From assembly GCA_051294375.1 (NCBI GenBank), contig CM119268.1, positions 19,689,820-19,753,819 of the forward strand: a DNA stretch of 64,000 nt, read 5' to 3'. The notes beneath the pieces were generated by a model. That model was not told the DNA's origin and did not search any database. It saw nothing but the letters and a program-made list of their open reading frames with translations. The stretch's first letter is position 1. Every line of letters begins with the position of its first letter. The DNA comes from Paraspadella gotoi (taxonomy: Eukaryota > Animalia > Chaetognatha). The position numbers and the translations under genes are program-made. Positions 40,041 through 53,254 of the stretch are shown piece by piece.

Positions 40041-40592
40041 GCCTAAGTATTTATCTTTCTTTTCCACCAGCAAAAAGTAAACATGATTTTATGTTAGAGA
40101 ACAGGGATGTTTACTGAAAGGAGCCTGAAAACGTTCAACTTCTTAACTTTGATGTTATTTTTCAATAATAAAATAGGCGAATTTTTTAATTATTTAACTC
40201 TCATAGGCTTCACAAGTCATTACACTTTCATAATATCATAATGTTAATGTAATTCATTATATCTTTTTACCCAGAAATTATAAATTAATACAGTTATGGA
40301 TTCCTTTCGTTTGTTTAAGAAAAAAAAATTAACTAGCGGAATTATAAGTTTGAAAGAGGAAGTCAGAATCGGCGAGAATCTTTATAGGCGATAATGTTGA
40401 AAAAATTGAGATGAAATTTGGTTGTTTTTGGTCGATTTCTTCTAAACCCATTTGCCAATTTAGACGTGACTTAAGATTTTCATTATTCCAGTCATTCTCT
40501 ATCTAAAAATATAAAAATATTATGAAAAAAGGTTTGGGATCGACTTTCGGAATTTGGTTATATTCTTTCTCTTATTTGTTTGTTTTATTTAC

Positions 40593-40757
40593 GATGAATG
40601 ATTTATCGCGTCGATGAATGACTATCATCGCATCAATGAATGATTATCATTACATCAATAAAGGAATATCATCGCATCAATCATTTGGTTATCGTCGCAT
40701 CAATTATTTGGTTATCATTGCATCAATTATTGGTTATTGGTTATTATCGCATCAATT
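40593..40757. repeat. ~22-bp tandem repeat of HINE-like family B
   Basis: ATCATCGCATCAAT(GAATGACT/TATTTGGTT) units as at 33610-33812. Confidence 0.75.
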
Positions 40758-41739
40758 TTTTGTCTTTCTTTTTTATTTCTTTATTTCCTCCTCTCGTCTG
40801 GCGAGATCACTATTATTTTAAGATTTGTTTTAATGAATTTGTTATTTCTAAAAATCATTTGTAAAAGTAATCAAGATGTACTTACAAATTTAAGATGTGA
40901 ATATCACTTTCTTCCAAACTGCTTACGCAAGTAAAAACCTATTTAGGTTTATTCACCTCTCAACCCATCGTGAATCCTACGCAAATTTACTTCACCTCTC
41001 GAAGTCTTACATCTTTGCAGCCGAATTCGCACCGGCGTCGAAAACAGAAGCCGAAAAGATAAACCACATTCAGCCTTTTATACACAATTTTCATCACGGC
41101 TCGCCAAAATAATAATTTTTTTTTTACTCTCCCAGTACCTTTTTTTAAACCTTTTTTAGACTATCATGTTACTAAAAAAATGTAATACTGTTTTTTTTTT
41201 TTTTTTTTTTCAATCTGTCAAAATAAATTATCAATTATTTTTTAATGCAAAAAAAATATTTTGTTCGTTCGAGTCAATTTAGGTTATTTGAGGAAGATGG
41301 CACTGCTGTGCTGGAAAAAAACGATAATACGAACGAATTGAAGAAAACAAAAGTTCACCTCAAAAGAAATTTGTCTGGACCGGTTTACATGATTTCAATT
41401 TGACCAGCGCATGTCGCTATCAAAATAAAAAGTTAATACGTAATCAGTAATACAGAGATAATTAAATATTGTTATATCGGTACAATCTGTATTAAAAGAG
41501 ACCTCCAATCTAATGTGGTTAATATCTCGGTCTCATTGATAAATTTTAAACATTCTTTTGTTTTTAAAAATAGAAAAACGTTATTTAAAACATTTGAAAA
41601 TTGAAGAACGAAGTTTTCATTTTTTTTTAAATTTTGTCAACTCAATTTTTAAAAGCGATTCACAGAGTAACTTGCATGAATATTTTTGTAACTACAATAA
41701 AGTAAATTATTTTTTATTCGACCTAAAACAGAAAAATTT

Positions 41740-42703
41740 TCAACAAAATATGTCTTCGTATTTTGGAGGAGGGTCACGCAATTCAAAATCGACACGTGAC
41801 TGTGAAGCGTCGTTTGAAGAACGAGTCACGTTGAAATTTGAAATAGGCGTCGCGCGAATTGAATAATAATCGCTGCCGGAATCTGAATAACCAATTTGAG
41901 AGTCGGAATTCGGCGAACAGAATGTATAATCGACACCAGAGGGATGTTGACGTGGAGTTTCGGCATCCAGATTATTGGTTGCGGCATCAAGATAATGGGT
42001 TGCGGCATTAAGATAATTGGTTGCGGCATTTGTGAAGGTGATTCTAGCAACGGAAGCGTTCGCAAGTTTATCGCCGGCTCCCCGGAGACGAGAAGAAGGA
42101 TCGGAAGGGCGAGCAACGTCACATGGCATGACATGAGATGGCACGACACCACCGACTACTTCCTCTTGTCTCCTTCCAATAAATCTCTCCTCTCCTTCTC
42201 GTCTTCTCCTTCTTTCTTCTTCTACAAATCTCACGCACCTTCCCTGTATTCCTCCTCCTTCTCCTCCGACCCTTCTTCTTTCCTCCCCTACTTCTCCGTA
42301 ACTCGGGGGTGAATCTCGACTCGTGAGTCTCGCTTCTTCGCTTCTCAACGACAAGTCACAACTCGTCGCTTCGTGTGAACTAGAAACGACCCTATCACTT
42401 GTTAACGTAAGGTCTCTCGGTGAACAGCCGGTTCCATTCGGCGCGACGGCGGTAGCTGGAGCCACGTCACTCCTCTCGTTGTCTCGCGATGGCGCGTCGG
42501 TTTCGTTTGGCGTAGAGCGGATAAGAGGCGAAGTCACATGATCGTGGGGACGACGAGGAGGAATCGAGGGAGAAGAAGAGGAGGAGGGAGGAGAAGAGGA
42601 TGGAAGGGAGGAAGGGGAGGAGGGAGAAAGAGATGCCAGATCGGGTGAAGGAGATGATAAATTTTTGGTTGGTTCGGCCAAAAAAACGAGTTTTGTCTTT
42701 TCC
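41740..42703 (-). CDS. Terminal coding exon of a host gene; Ser/Pro-rich disordered tail with two PPxY motifs
   Basis: ~320-codon open frame in AT-rich DNA; acceptor TTTACAG at 42710-42704; SPPSYGEV and C-terminal DPPPKYEDIFC*; internal 21-bp repeat (NAATNYL x3). Upstream exons not identified. Confidence 0.75.
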
Positions 42704-42827
42704 CTGTAAATTGAAACGAAGACTTCGGTTATAAACAAGTAATTTTGCAACTTTCAGAAAACCTTACCAGAAAATTTAAAGTTTTTGATCTCGCTTAGTA
42801 GTAGGTTGCTTATATTTTATTTGAATG

Positions 42828-43074
42828 TATTGAAGAGACAGTAATTATTGTTATGTGTTAGTTACAGAACCGTTCAATATAAGCAGTCCCTAAGCTTCGG
42901 ATCAGGCTGTCGCACCGTGAAACAGGCGGGTTACAGGCGGGTGAAGCGCCCCATCCCTCTTAGGGGTCCACCGGGCTAGAACCCCGGACCTTTGGGTTGG
43001 GAGGGGGAGGCAAATGACTTGCCTCCGGCATCAATAGCCGCTGATTAACGGTTGGTAGACTTTTGTCCACCATA
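42828..43074 (-). mobile_element. tRNA-derived SINE, same family as 12631-12863
   Basis: Near-identical AAGAGACAGTAATTATTGTTATGTG...CCGGGCTAGAACCCCGGACCTTTGGGTTGGGAG. Confidence 0.7.
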
Positions 43075-43124
43075 GTATGATTGCTTTACCAATATACGGT
43101 TTGCAGGAACCCCAATGATATATC

Positions 43125-46100
43125 TATAGATTCGATCCCGGAACTTACCTATTCACGAGTGAAGCCTCAGCCGATGTCGCCACTCAGACATATTAACTTT
43201 TTGACAACGAAATACCTTTATTATTATGTTAATATTATTTGCTGTTTGTCTTTTGTTATTCCTTGGTAAACAAAGGAACATTATGTAGCTTATAGAAATC
43301 AGCTGTTCTTATTTAGATATTTCCTAAATTTTGAAACCTAACTTTTACATCTTCTTCTTCACACCAAACTCAAGTACCAAATTTATTAATTTACTGTTCT
43401 GTTATTGTTCATCCATTGTTTACTTATTGTCAAATTAATTAATTGATTGATTGATTAATATTATGTCATATTGACTGTAGGAATATCTATATGCTTTGAT
43501 TATTTTATTAAGGTACCTATTAAGTACAGTAAGTGCTATAGCCTCAGCTAAAACTTTCTATCTCCATGAAGCCCGTGTTCATAACGAATTGGTGTTTATT
43601 GTAGTATGATGAGTTGTGTGTGATGTTAAGAACCTTCAAAGGCGAATAGTAAGTTCATGTCAAATAATCATAGTTCATTGCAAGTAATAACATACTAAGT
43701 GGGCTCCTTCCGGAGAGTGTAGAAAAACCGATGTTCATTTGTCGTTCATCTCTCGTCAGTGGGCGATCTCTGGCGTTCACTTAGACTGTACTGAACATTT
43801 CTACTCCGTAGTAACGTATTCAACAAAGGATCAGTGTTTATACGTCGACGCCAAGTATCGCACCCGTACGATCTCTCTTTACAGTACCTTTTATCAAATG
43901 AACCAAGCAAGTTGGTTTTGGCATTTTTAATCAAGGCTTGATAAACAATTTGACAAAGCTTGATAAACAATCTGATTGTTCTACCAACGGGGTCAACGCC
44001 CAATCAAGACGAATCAATCAATCAATCAATCCAGCGCATCTACAATGGTGATCCGCGACGCCGGACATTACCCAACCTTCTACAATAGCCCAACTCCGAG
44101 TTCATAGATGAGCGACGCTCGCGAGAATCGTCAATCTTCCCGACTGCGCCTTCAGACCAACCTTAGCGTTCCGTCGACAGCATTCAGTAGAGGCCGAGCC
44201 TCTCGCGAGACTTCTCCCAATAATATCGTCGTCATCTTTCGATTTCTCTCCTTCGCCAGCAACGGAAGTATTTAGCGACGCCGATGGCGACATGGCGACA
44301 ATCTCCGCGGCTGGGGAGACAGAAGCCCTCCGCTCGGCCCTCGCAACCGCTCTCGCCGCCCTTGAGAAAAATAAAAAACCTGAACTTCCAGCATTCCATC
44401 CCAAGAATATCGACATCTGGCTGCGCAGGGTTGAAGCTGCCTAAGTACGAGCAAATATCCGTGATGCAAAAGAAAAATTTGCGCAGTTAGAATCAAAAAT
44501 TGATGTCAACGCTAATCCACATGTGAACGCTTTCCTGTACGGCGAACAAATGGAGGCTCGCTGGAACCAGTTTGTCGAGTACTTGAAGAAGGAGTACGGC
44601 AGTACTCCGCGCCAACAAGCTGCAATTCTTCGCGATGGATTCAGCCGTGACGGCCTTCGCCCGTCGTAGCATCTTGCTCGTCTCGAAGAAAAAATTAAGG
44701 CGGTGACTATCGACGACTTAAAAAAGGAGACAATTGTCAGGGGCCTTCCTATCGAGATTAGACGCTCACTGGAAGGCAAAGTCGACACCATCACCTCCTC
44801 TGAGTTGGCCGACGAGGCCGACAAATATTTCGACACAGAAGGTCGGACAGGATTTCCAAAGGATGATGGATGAGATCCTTGGCAACATTCCCCATACATT
44901 TATCTCGACGATATCCTCGTCGCCAGCAAAGACAAGGATCAACACGTCCAAGACCTTGAGAAGGTCTTCAAGGCCTTAGCTGACAATGGACTCGTCGTGA
45001 ATATGAAAAAGTGTGTCCTCGGGAAGAAGTCCCTTGAGTTCCTCGGATATCTTGTTGACGCATCAGGCGTCAAACCACTTCCCCAGAAAGTCGATGCCAT
45101 TCGCGCCACCAATCCGCTGACGACAGTCAAAGAACTGCAGAGGTTTTTGGGGATGGTGAATTACTATCGCCGTTTCCTCCCCAAAGGCGCCCATCATGCC
45201 GCAGCACTTTATGACACCTTGGCCGGTAAGCCAAAGCAGTTAGTCTGGTCGGAGAGCTGTGCACTCGCCTTTGACGCCGTGAAGGAAGCTCTGGCAAATG
45301 CTGCACTCCCTTGACACCCCAAAACGAATGCCCAACACTCCCTCAAAACCGTCAACGTGATAGGCCAAGAAGGCATTGATCTCGAGGAGATGGCCTGCCA
45401 CCAAGCCCTCGACAGGGATTGTCAGCGATTATCTCAAGATGCTATTGCTTTGAAATTTGTTGGGCCCTCACTCCGTGCAGACACGATACGCTGGGCACGG
45501 GAGTGCATCCCCTGTCAACAGGCGAAGGTGACGCGCCACGTAACGCCAAATATCGGAGACTTCGTCGTCCCAGCTTGACCGCTTTCAACATCTCAAGTGA
45601 TGCCGAAATCAAATGACTATGGTTACCTGTTAACCATAGTGGATCGCTTTACAAGATGGCCAACGGCATTACCCATGAAGGATATGACCTCCACCACGGT
45701 GGTCGACACGCTCGTCCACGGATGGATAGCAACCTTTGGTGTGCCATCCGACATCACCACAGATCATGGTGCACATTTCAACTCTTCCACATAAACTCAA
45801 CTCGCGCAATCATGGGGAATCCGTCATCACCAGACAACGGCATACCATCCTCAAGGGAATGGACTTGTGGAACGATTCCTCCGCCGACTCAAGGAGGCGC
45901 TAATCGCTTTGGGGAATCAAGAGCCTCACCAGTGGTTTTGGCGCCTTCCTTCAGCCCTTCTCGCTATCCGAACGACCATTAAACCGGACATTGGCGCCTC
46001 GCCAGCCGATCTTGTCTTCGGCGAAGGCCTGACCATTCCTGGCGATCAGCTGCCTCCACCAACCGGCGACAGCCAGCTTCATGAACAGCGCCGCATCTTT

Positions 46101-47188
46101 CGTCACACGACTCCAACCCACGGAGACAGCATCGCACAGGATGCCGAAAGTTTATCTCCCAGAATCGCACGTCGATGCTACCCACGTGTTTGTCCAGCGC
46201 CTAGGGGTCAAACCGCCACTTACGGCGCCATACCAAGGCCCCTACCGCGTAATATCACGGGATAATTTAAACTTTAAAGTCGAAATCCCGGGACGAGGCG
46301 TTGAAAACATCTCCATTAAGCCCGCGACAGTCTGGAAAAATGAAGATGGCGACGAGCGCGACTCCCAACCCTCTCCCCCACCTTCACCTCCGCCTCCAGG
46401 ACAGCGTCCGGGCCCGCGTACTCGATTCCCAGCGCCATTGTCTCGAACAACTCGATCGTCGAATAATCTCACTCATCCTTTACCTACATTACCGACTGCT
46501 GGAACTGGAGACGACAACGATAACAACGACGACGTTGACGAGACTCAAGGAGAAACAACAAATCCTCGGGAAGTACTGGCGCCACTCGACGCAGCAACGC
46601 CCATTTCCGTTTCACATGGAGACGCGGAAGAAAACGGAAGAAGCGCTCCCCTACGCCAGGAAATATCCACTTTCGGTCCCGAGACGCCCAACAACTCAGA
46701 ACCAATACTCCCTTTTGGCGCTCCATCTCCACAACTCCAGGTTACGCCACCACGTCAACGCCCGAAATGGTTGCGCCAAAATCCGCCAAAAATCACTCAA
46801 AGGTCTCGCCTATCGCTCAGAGATAAACAATTCTCAACGTCCTGACTACAACGCAGTCCTCAGGCACCTACTACAACAAAATAACCAATTAAGCCCAATC
46901 GTGAAGTTGGTCAGCCTGTTTCCACGTTTTCCCTCGAAAACTCGTCTGGGGGGGATGTAGATTCCATCCTGGAACTTACCTACGAGTGAAGTCTCAGTCG
47001 ATGTCGCCACTCAGACATATTAACTTTTTGACAACGAAATACCTTTATTATTATGTTAATATTATTTGCTGTTGTCTTTTGTTATTCCTTGGTAAACAAA
47101 AGAACATTATGTAGCTTATAGAAATCAGCTGTTCTTATTAGATATTTCCAATATTTCTAAACCTAACTTTTACATCTTCTTATTCACA
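43125..47188 (+). mobile_element. Ty3/Gypsy LTR retrotransposon (CsRn1-like), internally deleted and degenerate
   Basis: 5' LTR ~43125-44044, PBS TGGTGATCCGCGACG at 44046, gag remnant 44284-44845, RT/integrase remnants, G-run PPT at 46948-46955, 3' LTR starting TG at 46956 and matching 43125-43363. Confidence 0.92.
44846..46845 (+). pseudogene. pol: Disrupted pol (RT C-terminus, integrase, Pro-rich tail)
   Basis: GQDFQRMMDEILG, YLDD, LEFLGY, ELQRFLGMVNYYRRF, WARECIPCQQAKVTRH, LTIVDRFTRWP, ITTDHG, AYHPQGNGLVER, PYQGPYRV; many stops and frameshifts. Confidence 0.9.
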
Positions 47189-48128
47189 GTAGCATCCGTC
47201 TAGAATTTCTGAGACGGCAAGCTCTGTAACTCGAGTTCAAATGATAATTTGAAAGCGAGTTTTTGTCTTGATATCGAGTACACATATTGCTACTCCCCCT
47301 TCAGTTAGCCATTGCTCTACGACCAATTTTGGGACATCAAAACTTATGGTAAAAAGTAACTTAGGCCAGATTTGAACCTGCAACATCTTCATAATGTTGA
47401 AATCCGGCGTGCTAAGCACTCGGCCAAATAATTTTTTTTAAAAAAATTGTTCAAATTAAATTATATAAAGCTTTAGGTTCGCTTTTTTTTGGGGGGGGAA
47501 ACAAAAAATTAATTAATGTTTGAAATTTTGGAAAAGTCAGTTGCCTCATTGTTAAGCCGCGACGTCAACGTTTTCACGTTGTTTGTGTTCTATTAAGTGT
47601 TTACAAGTTTCCGAGGGATCTCTATAAAGAATTAAAATGTTTCAACATTTACAATACAACTTTTCTTTGGTAACTCAAGATGAGACAATTCGTTACGGGC
47701 AAAACATCAGACACTTGCCCGCTTGCATGAGAATAAGCGACAATTCTCACAGAGTATTCCTGATATGTTTTAAAATCTCTTTTCCTTTAACAAAAGTAAG
47801 AAACCGCACTATTATTTTTTCATCTCTAAACTATTACCGCAATCGGTATTAGTATTATTATGATTCCTTGTAACTCAAATTTCCCCAATTGTGGCAGAAT
47901 GACAACCTTCTGCAACCTTCCTGGACGGATCATAGCTAATATCTTTTTTTAGTAAATTTCATTTATTAATATTTTTTTACAATCAAAAACCAAAAAATAG
48001 GCTAATGATTAAGAGAATAAAAGAATGAAATTGTTTTGAAAAAAGAATAATCTAAGTTTTTGGTTGGCATGAAAAAAGAATAGGAAAACGAAAATTTATA
48101 TTAAGGTTTTTGAATTTTTTTTTCAATT

Positions 48129-48205
48129 CCGAGATGGCGGAGTGGTTAAAAACTAAGACTTTGACGTGGTATGGAATGATAGGATTCGAATCCCACTCAA
48201 GGTAA
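48129..48205 (+). mobile_element. tRNA-derived SINE head or tRNA pseudogene
   Basis: A box TGGCGGAGTGG and B box GATTCGAATCC, but no clean cloverleaf. Confidence 0.5.
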
Positions 48206-48382
48206 ATTATTACAATAAACTGCTATGTCTCTAGGCCCAATCAAGACGAATCAATCAATCATATCAATGGAGTTTAAGGCCCTCAGCGGTCGCCTCAAGT
48301 CACTGGAACGTTTAATACGAGAATCATAGCGCTTTGTCAACCAAGGATCGAGCCCATTATATCATTTACAGCACAGGGGATT

Positions 48383-49150
48383 AAAAACAAGTTTGAGCAA
48401 TGTCGGATCTGCCCACGATCATTATTAATTAATTAATTAATAATAAATTAATTCAAGTTAATTATTTAATTAAATAGGCAATTAATTAATTAATTTGATC
48501 CGAAATGTTTGTTTTGATTGATTAATTGACTGATTAATTAATTATTGATTAATTGACTAATTGATTAACTGAATAATTATTTGAATAATTAATACATCTT
48601 CCATTTACATTTAAATGAAAAAAAAAGCATAATCAATTAGTGAAACATGTTTTTTGTTTTTTCCATTTAAACTCATTTCCACTCAAACTATTTCATCGAA
48701 AATTGATTTTCATTTTAATTACACACTTTTCTACCCAAATACAAAATTTCAAGTCAATCGCTCCATTCACTCATAAGTAATTGGTGTTCAAATAGTGAAA
48801 TATATTTTTTGGTTTTTTCCATTTAAACTCATTTCCACTCAGACGATTCCATCAAAACTTCATATACAGCTCAATCACACACTTCTCTACCCACACAAAA
48901 TTTCATTCCAATCCATCCATCCAATCATGAGTAATTGGTGTTTTTTGCTAAGGTGGAATGGACAGACGGACAGACAGACAGACAAACAGACAGACAGAAG
49001 GACGGACATCATTTTTTTTGCATTATTTATTATAATTTGATGTTCTGACATGATATAAGTCTGTACTCGACATTATTGAGGGGGCGGACCGACGGACCGA
49101 CAAAGTGAATTATAGAGTTGGGATCTGCTGAGAGCAGATCCGACTAAAAA
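48383..49150 (-). mobile_element. Full HINE family A copy
   Basis: Reverse head GTTGGGATCTGC-tgaga-GCAGATCCGAC-TAAAAA, (GACA)n, reverse tail AACAAGTTTGAGCAATGTCGGATCTGCC. Confidence 0.85.
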
Positions 49151-51662
49151 CCGCAGTTTTCAGTGAAGCTGTTTTGATGGGTTTTGTAGATAATATTGCA
49201 ACAGGCGGGTTGTTGTGAAGCCCATTGGAAAGGGCCATCTCACTGTTGGCTCTTGGGGCTTCCGACCCTTAGTGACGCTTCCTGTCACGGGCGCGCTTAC
49301 CGCTTTGCCAACACAGAGGGAAGTCGTTAGGACTGTGGATTGAACGCAACGCTTGGGATTGTGCGTTCCCCCTCTGAGCCAATGGAAGGGATTGGTTGAA
49401 CGATGGTGGATGTGAGGCGGTGTGAATATACCACCACAATAACATAAATTTATTTATAAAACGCACCTTCCTAATTACATTGAGCCCTTTCGTTTATTTC
49501 CCTACCCTCATTTTTTCCTCTTCCCCATATTCTTACCTTCTCAACCCGACCTCCGCCATTTCATCTTGGTAAGGCGGCGGAGTTACAATCACTCCTCGCT
49601 TCGCCGACAGCAAATCCTTGCTGCAGCGGTAGGAGCCGTCGCCGCAAAGTTCCCCGTCGAGGCAACCGTCGTCGTAATTGTTTCTGTGGCTGCAGCCGCC
49701 GCAGTGACGCGTCGGAGAAGCACGACGCGTCCAGGGAGATTCTGGAGTTAGGAGATGAAGGGACAGAGATTAATAATTTATTTTAAAATTCTAATAGTTG
49801 GGAAGATAATGCTACTCCTTTAACTAAATATAACAAAAAAAGGCAAAGTTGAAAATATGCTGCTTTCATAATTATTACACTGTTTTTTTTTAACCATGCA
49901 GTCGAAAATTTTCACAATCCTGTACAGTTTCTAGTATAATTTTAAGTGCTTAAAACGATTAACAAGGTGTCCTCAATCAGATTTTGCGTTAGACCTGCGC
50001 ACAATTGACCGGAAGTTGACGTTGACTACAACATGGAATTTTTCTCTTTTCTTTAATTGCAAGATAAGAAAATAGTTTTATAAAAATAATAATTGCCTAA
50101 ATTTTATGTTACTCTCATTATTTAATAGGTTTTACTTTAAAATTTAAAAAAAAAAAAGGTTCTTACCCATAGTGGGCGTGTCCAAAACCGGAAATGATGC
50201 TCAAAAACTGATAAAATACGCAATATTAATAGTTTTTGATCTACTATAAATATAATGGTTTTTTATTATCATATGATAGTTGTATCACAAAGAATTATCA
50301 TATATATCATAAAAAACTATCATAGCTCTAAATAGACAAAATAAATATCAGTTACAAAAGATTCGTTTCTTAATAACTTAAAATTCAGAATTAATATTAT
50401 TTCTTAATTCGTTGTTGAAGAGACATCATATGCACAGGAGATAATGATTTAGTATTAAGCATATAAACTTTTTTTTGACAAGGAATAAAAAAATATTTAG
50501 TATTAAGCAATTCGTGGTAGGATTTATAAGTATAATTTTCTTACTTTTATGCCAACATTTTGATTCTTTTTTTGATTCTTAACTAATCATTTTTAAAGGC
50601 AGTCCAGAGTAAAAGTAAATTGTTCCAGAAAAAGTCAGGTAGAGAGAGAAAGAACTGCCTTGAAAAATGATTTGTTCATAAGAATCAAAATATTAGCATG
50701 AAAGTAATAAAAATGAACTTGTAAATTCTACTATGAATTGCTTAATACTAAATATTTGTTATTCCTTGTCAAAACGATAAAATATTTAATAATTTTATAT
50801 TGCTGTATTATTTATTATAATGAAACTTGATATGATATACTCAAGGTTTGAATAAGAGTCGTCTTACTTCTAAAACCCTTGGGACTAAAGTTAAATGAAA
50901 CTAAATAGAAAAAAACTAATTAATAAAGTTTATACAGCTTATTAAAACTGATCTTATATTCGTATCAGATTTTAAACAGTGAACATGTTTCAACTTTTAA
51001 ATCAAGTCTTTATCCACATTTATGAATTGTCAACAGTTTTTTTACTTCACAAGAAATATTTGGGGGAGAGAGGAGAGAATGGAAGAGAGAGTGAGAGAAA
51101 GAGAGAGAGAAAAATTTTCAACAAAGATTTGAGAAAAGGATAGAGGTCGAGGTGAAGACAGGTTAGGTTTAGGCCAGAGAGAGAGAGATAGATATTGAAA
51201 AAAAAATTTTCACAGTTTAAAGAAAAATCATTTCTTAAACTACTTCAAACTCTTTCTAATTCAAAAACGCGACAAAAGATAGGATTTCACATAATGGTAT
51301 AATTTTTTTTTTTATTGCTGGATTAAAGGTTTTTTTTAAGGAAAAGAAAAGAAAATTATAAATCTGATGCATGGATATTGTTTTCTTTCTCCTTCACCTG
51401 GAAAAACTTAAAAATAGGGTATTCCCTCTTAAGATTTACATAAAACTTTATGAAAAAAGGGTCTAACTTCCGGCTATAGTTTTTGAGCAAAAAAAATGGT
51501 ATGCCAGTAAAAAAATTACTGATGAAAAAATTAATAGTAAAAGGTATTAAAAATTAAAACCAGGAATTTTAAAATTAGGAAAGTCTCATTAACTGAATGA
51601 AATTGAAATGAAATTTTGAATATTTATAGTTAAAGTTTAAAGTCCTTTGGCTATTAAAAAGT

Positions 51663-53254
51663 TAGGGTTCCGATAACCGTTAATTTTTGAGAAATTTCGC
51701 TTAACCGTTAAAACTAATATTTTTAACGGTTAACGTAAAATCGGTTAATTTTTATAATTTAACTTATAGAGAGGAAAACAATTTATTTGTTTTGTTTCAA
51801 CGAATTTTTAGGACATTTTTTCGGACATGTTTGAGTCTACAATTAGAGTCTTCATCAGCAATGCTGCATTGATGCTGCAATGCTGATGAAGACTCTAATT
51901 GTAGAGTGTGAAACATGTCCTAAAAAATGTCCTAAAAATTCGTTGAAACATAACAAATAAATTGTTTTCCTCTCTAAATTCGAAACACAATGAAATCGAA
52001 AGTCTATACCACAATATATAATTTAACTTTAAATTTAAAATATTATTATTTAAATCAAACTAAAGTATTTAATAATATTTTATCTTTAACCCTTGCTCCT
52101 TGAATCTTTTTTATCTTCTATTTCAGATAGATAGTACACATTTAGTTAGTTAAGAAATGAATACATCGAGTGTTCAAGTGACGCAAACTATTTGAACTCT
52201 ACCTCTGATTAATCTACCTCGCCTCAATTGAATTAGACTCACTATCAAACTATCTCTAACTTCAACCAAACTTTTTCTGCTCACTGCATAATCAAAATAA
52301 ATAAAAAGAACCAAAGAAAGAAAAACACAATGTATTCTAATTCCTATGTTTTGTTTTTTTCCTTCATCTCTCTATCTCTCTTTCTTATTACTCTTTCATT
52401 ATTCTATTATATTCTTTTAGTTTAGTTTGAGTTGAATGTCTGTTTTGCTTTTTTTATTTTTTATAAGCCATAACCATAAATATAAATTATGAATAATAAT
52501 TTTTTATTGAAAGTTTGATTGATTCGATCTGATCCAAAATTTATTGGTTAATTAAATATTTTTTTTCAGTTTTATTTAAAAATATATCATGATTGAAGGA
52601 TAGTTTTAGTTAGCCTTAATGTCTATTTTAAGATTAGTTCCTTCTATTTATTATTTTTTTATTACATTTTGGTTTATTTCATTTGCTTCTTTGTTTGTTT
52701 AAAGAGTGAAATAAAAAAATAGCAAAATAAGATATATTATTTTAAATTAAAATTTAATTTGCAAGAAATGTATGCAACTATTTGTATGTGCATATATATT
52801 ATATTTCAATATATTCTTTGATGTAAATGCATAAAATTATTGAAAGAAAAACGAAAAGAAATTGCGGAGAAAATAAATAAGAATAAAAAAAACACTAGAA
52901 GGGAAGAAAAAAATGAAAAAGTTAAAAAAAAGGGAGGAAAAAAAGGAGAGAAAAGAAAGGGGGAAAAGAGGGAGGGGAAAAGAAAGAAAGAAAAAGAAAG
53001 GTACAAAAGGAGATTAGTAGAGAGTAAAAAGAGAGAGAGGTGAAAAAATATGGTGAGAAAAGGAGAGGAGAATAAGAGAGGAAAAGAAAAAATTATTTTT
53101 CTTTTAAAAAATCAAAGATTTTATACCAAAAAATTAAAAAGTTATATTTAAAAATTAACCGAATTTAACCGTTAAAATAAATATATTAACGGTTAGGTTA
53201 AAATTATTTTTAACCGTTAATAACCGTTAACTGTTAACGGTTATCGTAACCCTA
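51663..53254. mobile_element. hAT-like MITE
   Basis: TIR TAGGGTTCCGATAACCGTTAA / TTAACGGTTATCGTAACCCTA; TTAAAAAG on both flanks (one-base offset on the left); sub-terminal AACCGTTAA repeats. Confidence 0.7.
51766..52016 (+). mobile_element. Short Penelope-like inverted-repeat insertion with hammerhead motifs
   Basis: Inverted repeat 51767-51976, 40-nt tail, TSD TATAATTTAACTT at 51753-51765 and 52017-52029; CTGATGA-A-GACTCTA-attg-TAGAGT-gt-GAAACATGTC at 51883-51919 with a decayed mirror copy at 51823-51859. Confidence 0.8.

Noticed and set aside
43125-43363. Treating the 240-bp repeat as the complete LTR
   Set aside because: No PBS follows 43363; the PBS is at 44046 after TCTACA, as in the 61385 copy.
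48129-48205. Functional tRNA gene
   Set aside because: A and B boxes are present, but anticodon and acceptor stems do not pair convincingly.
49197-49588. Solo LTR
   Set aside because: TG..CA candidate ends exist, but no matching TSD was found for any pairing.
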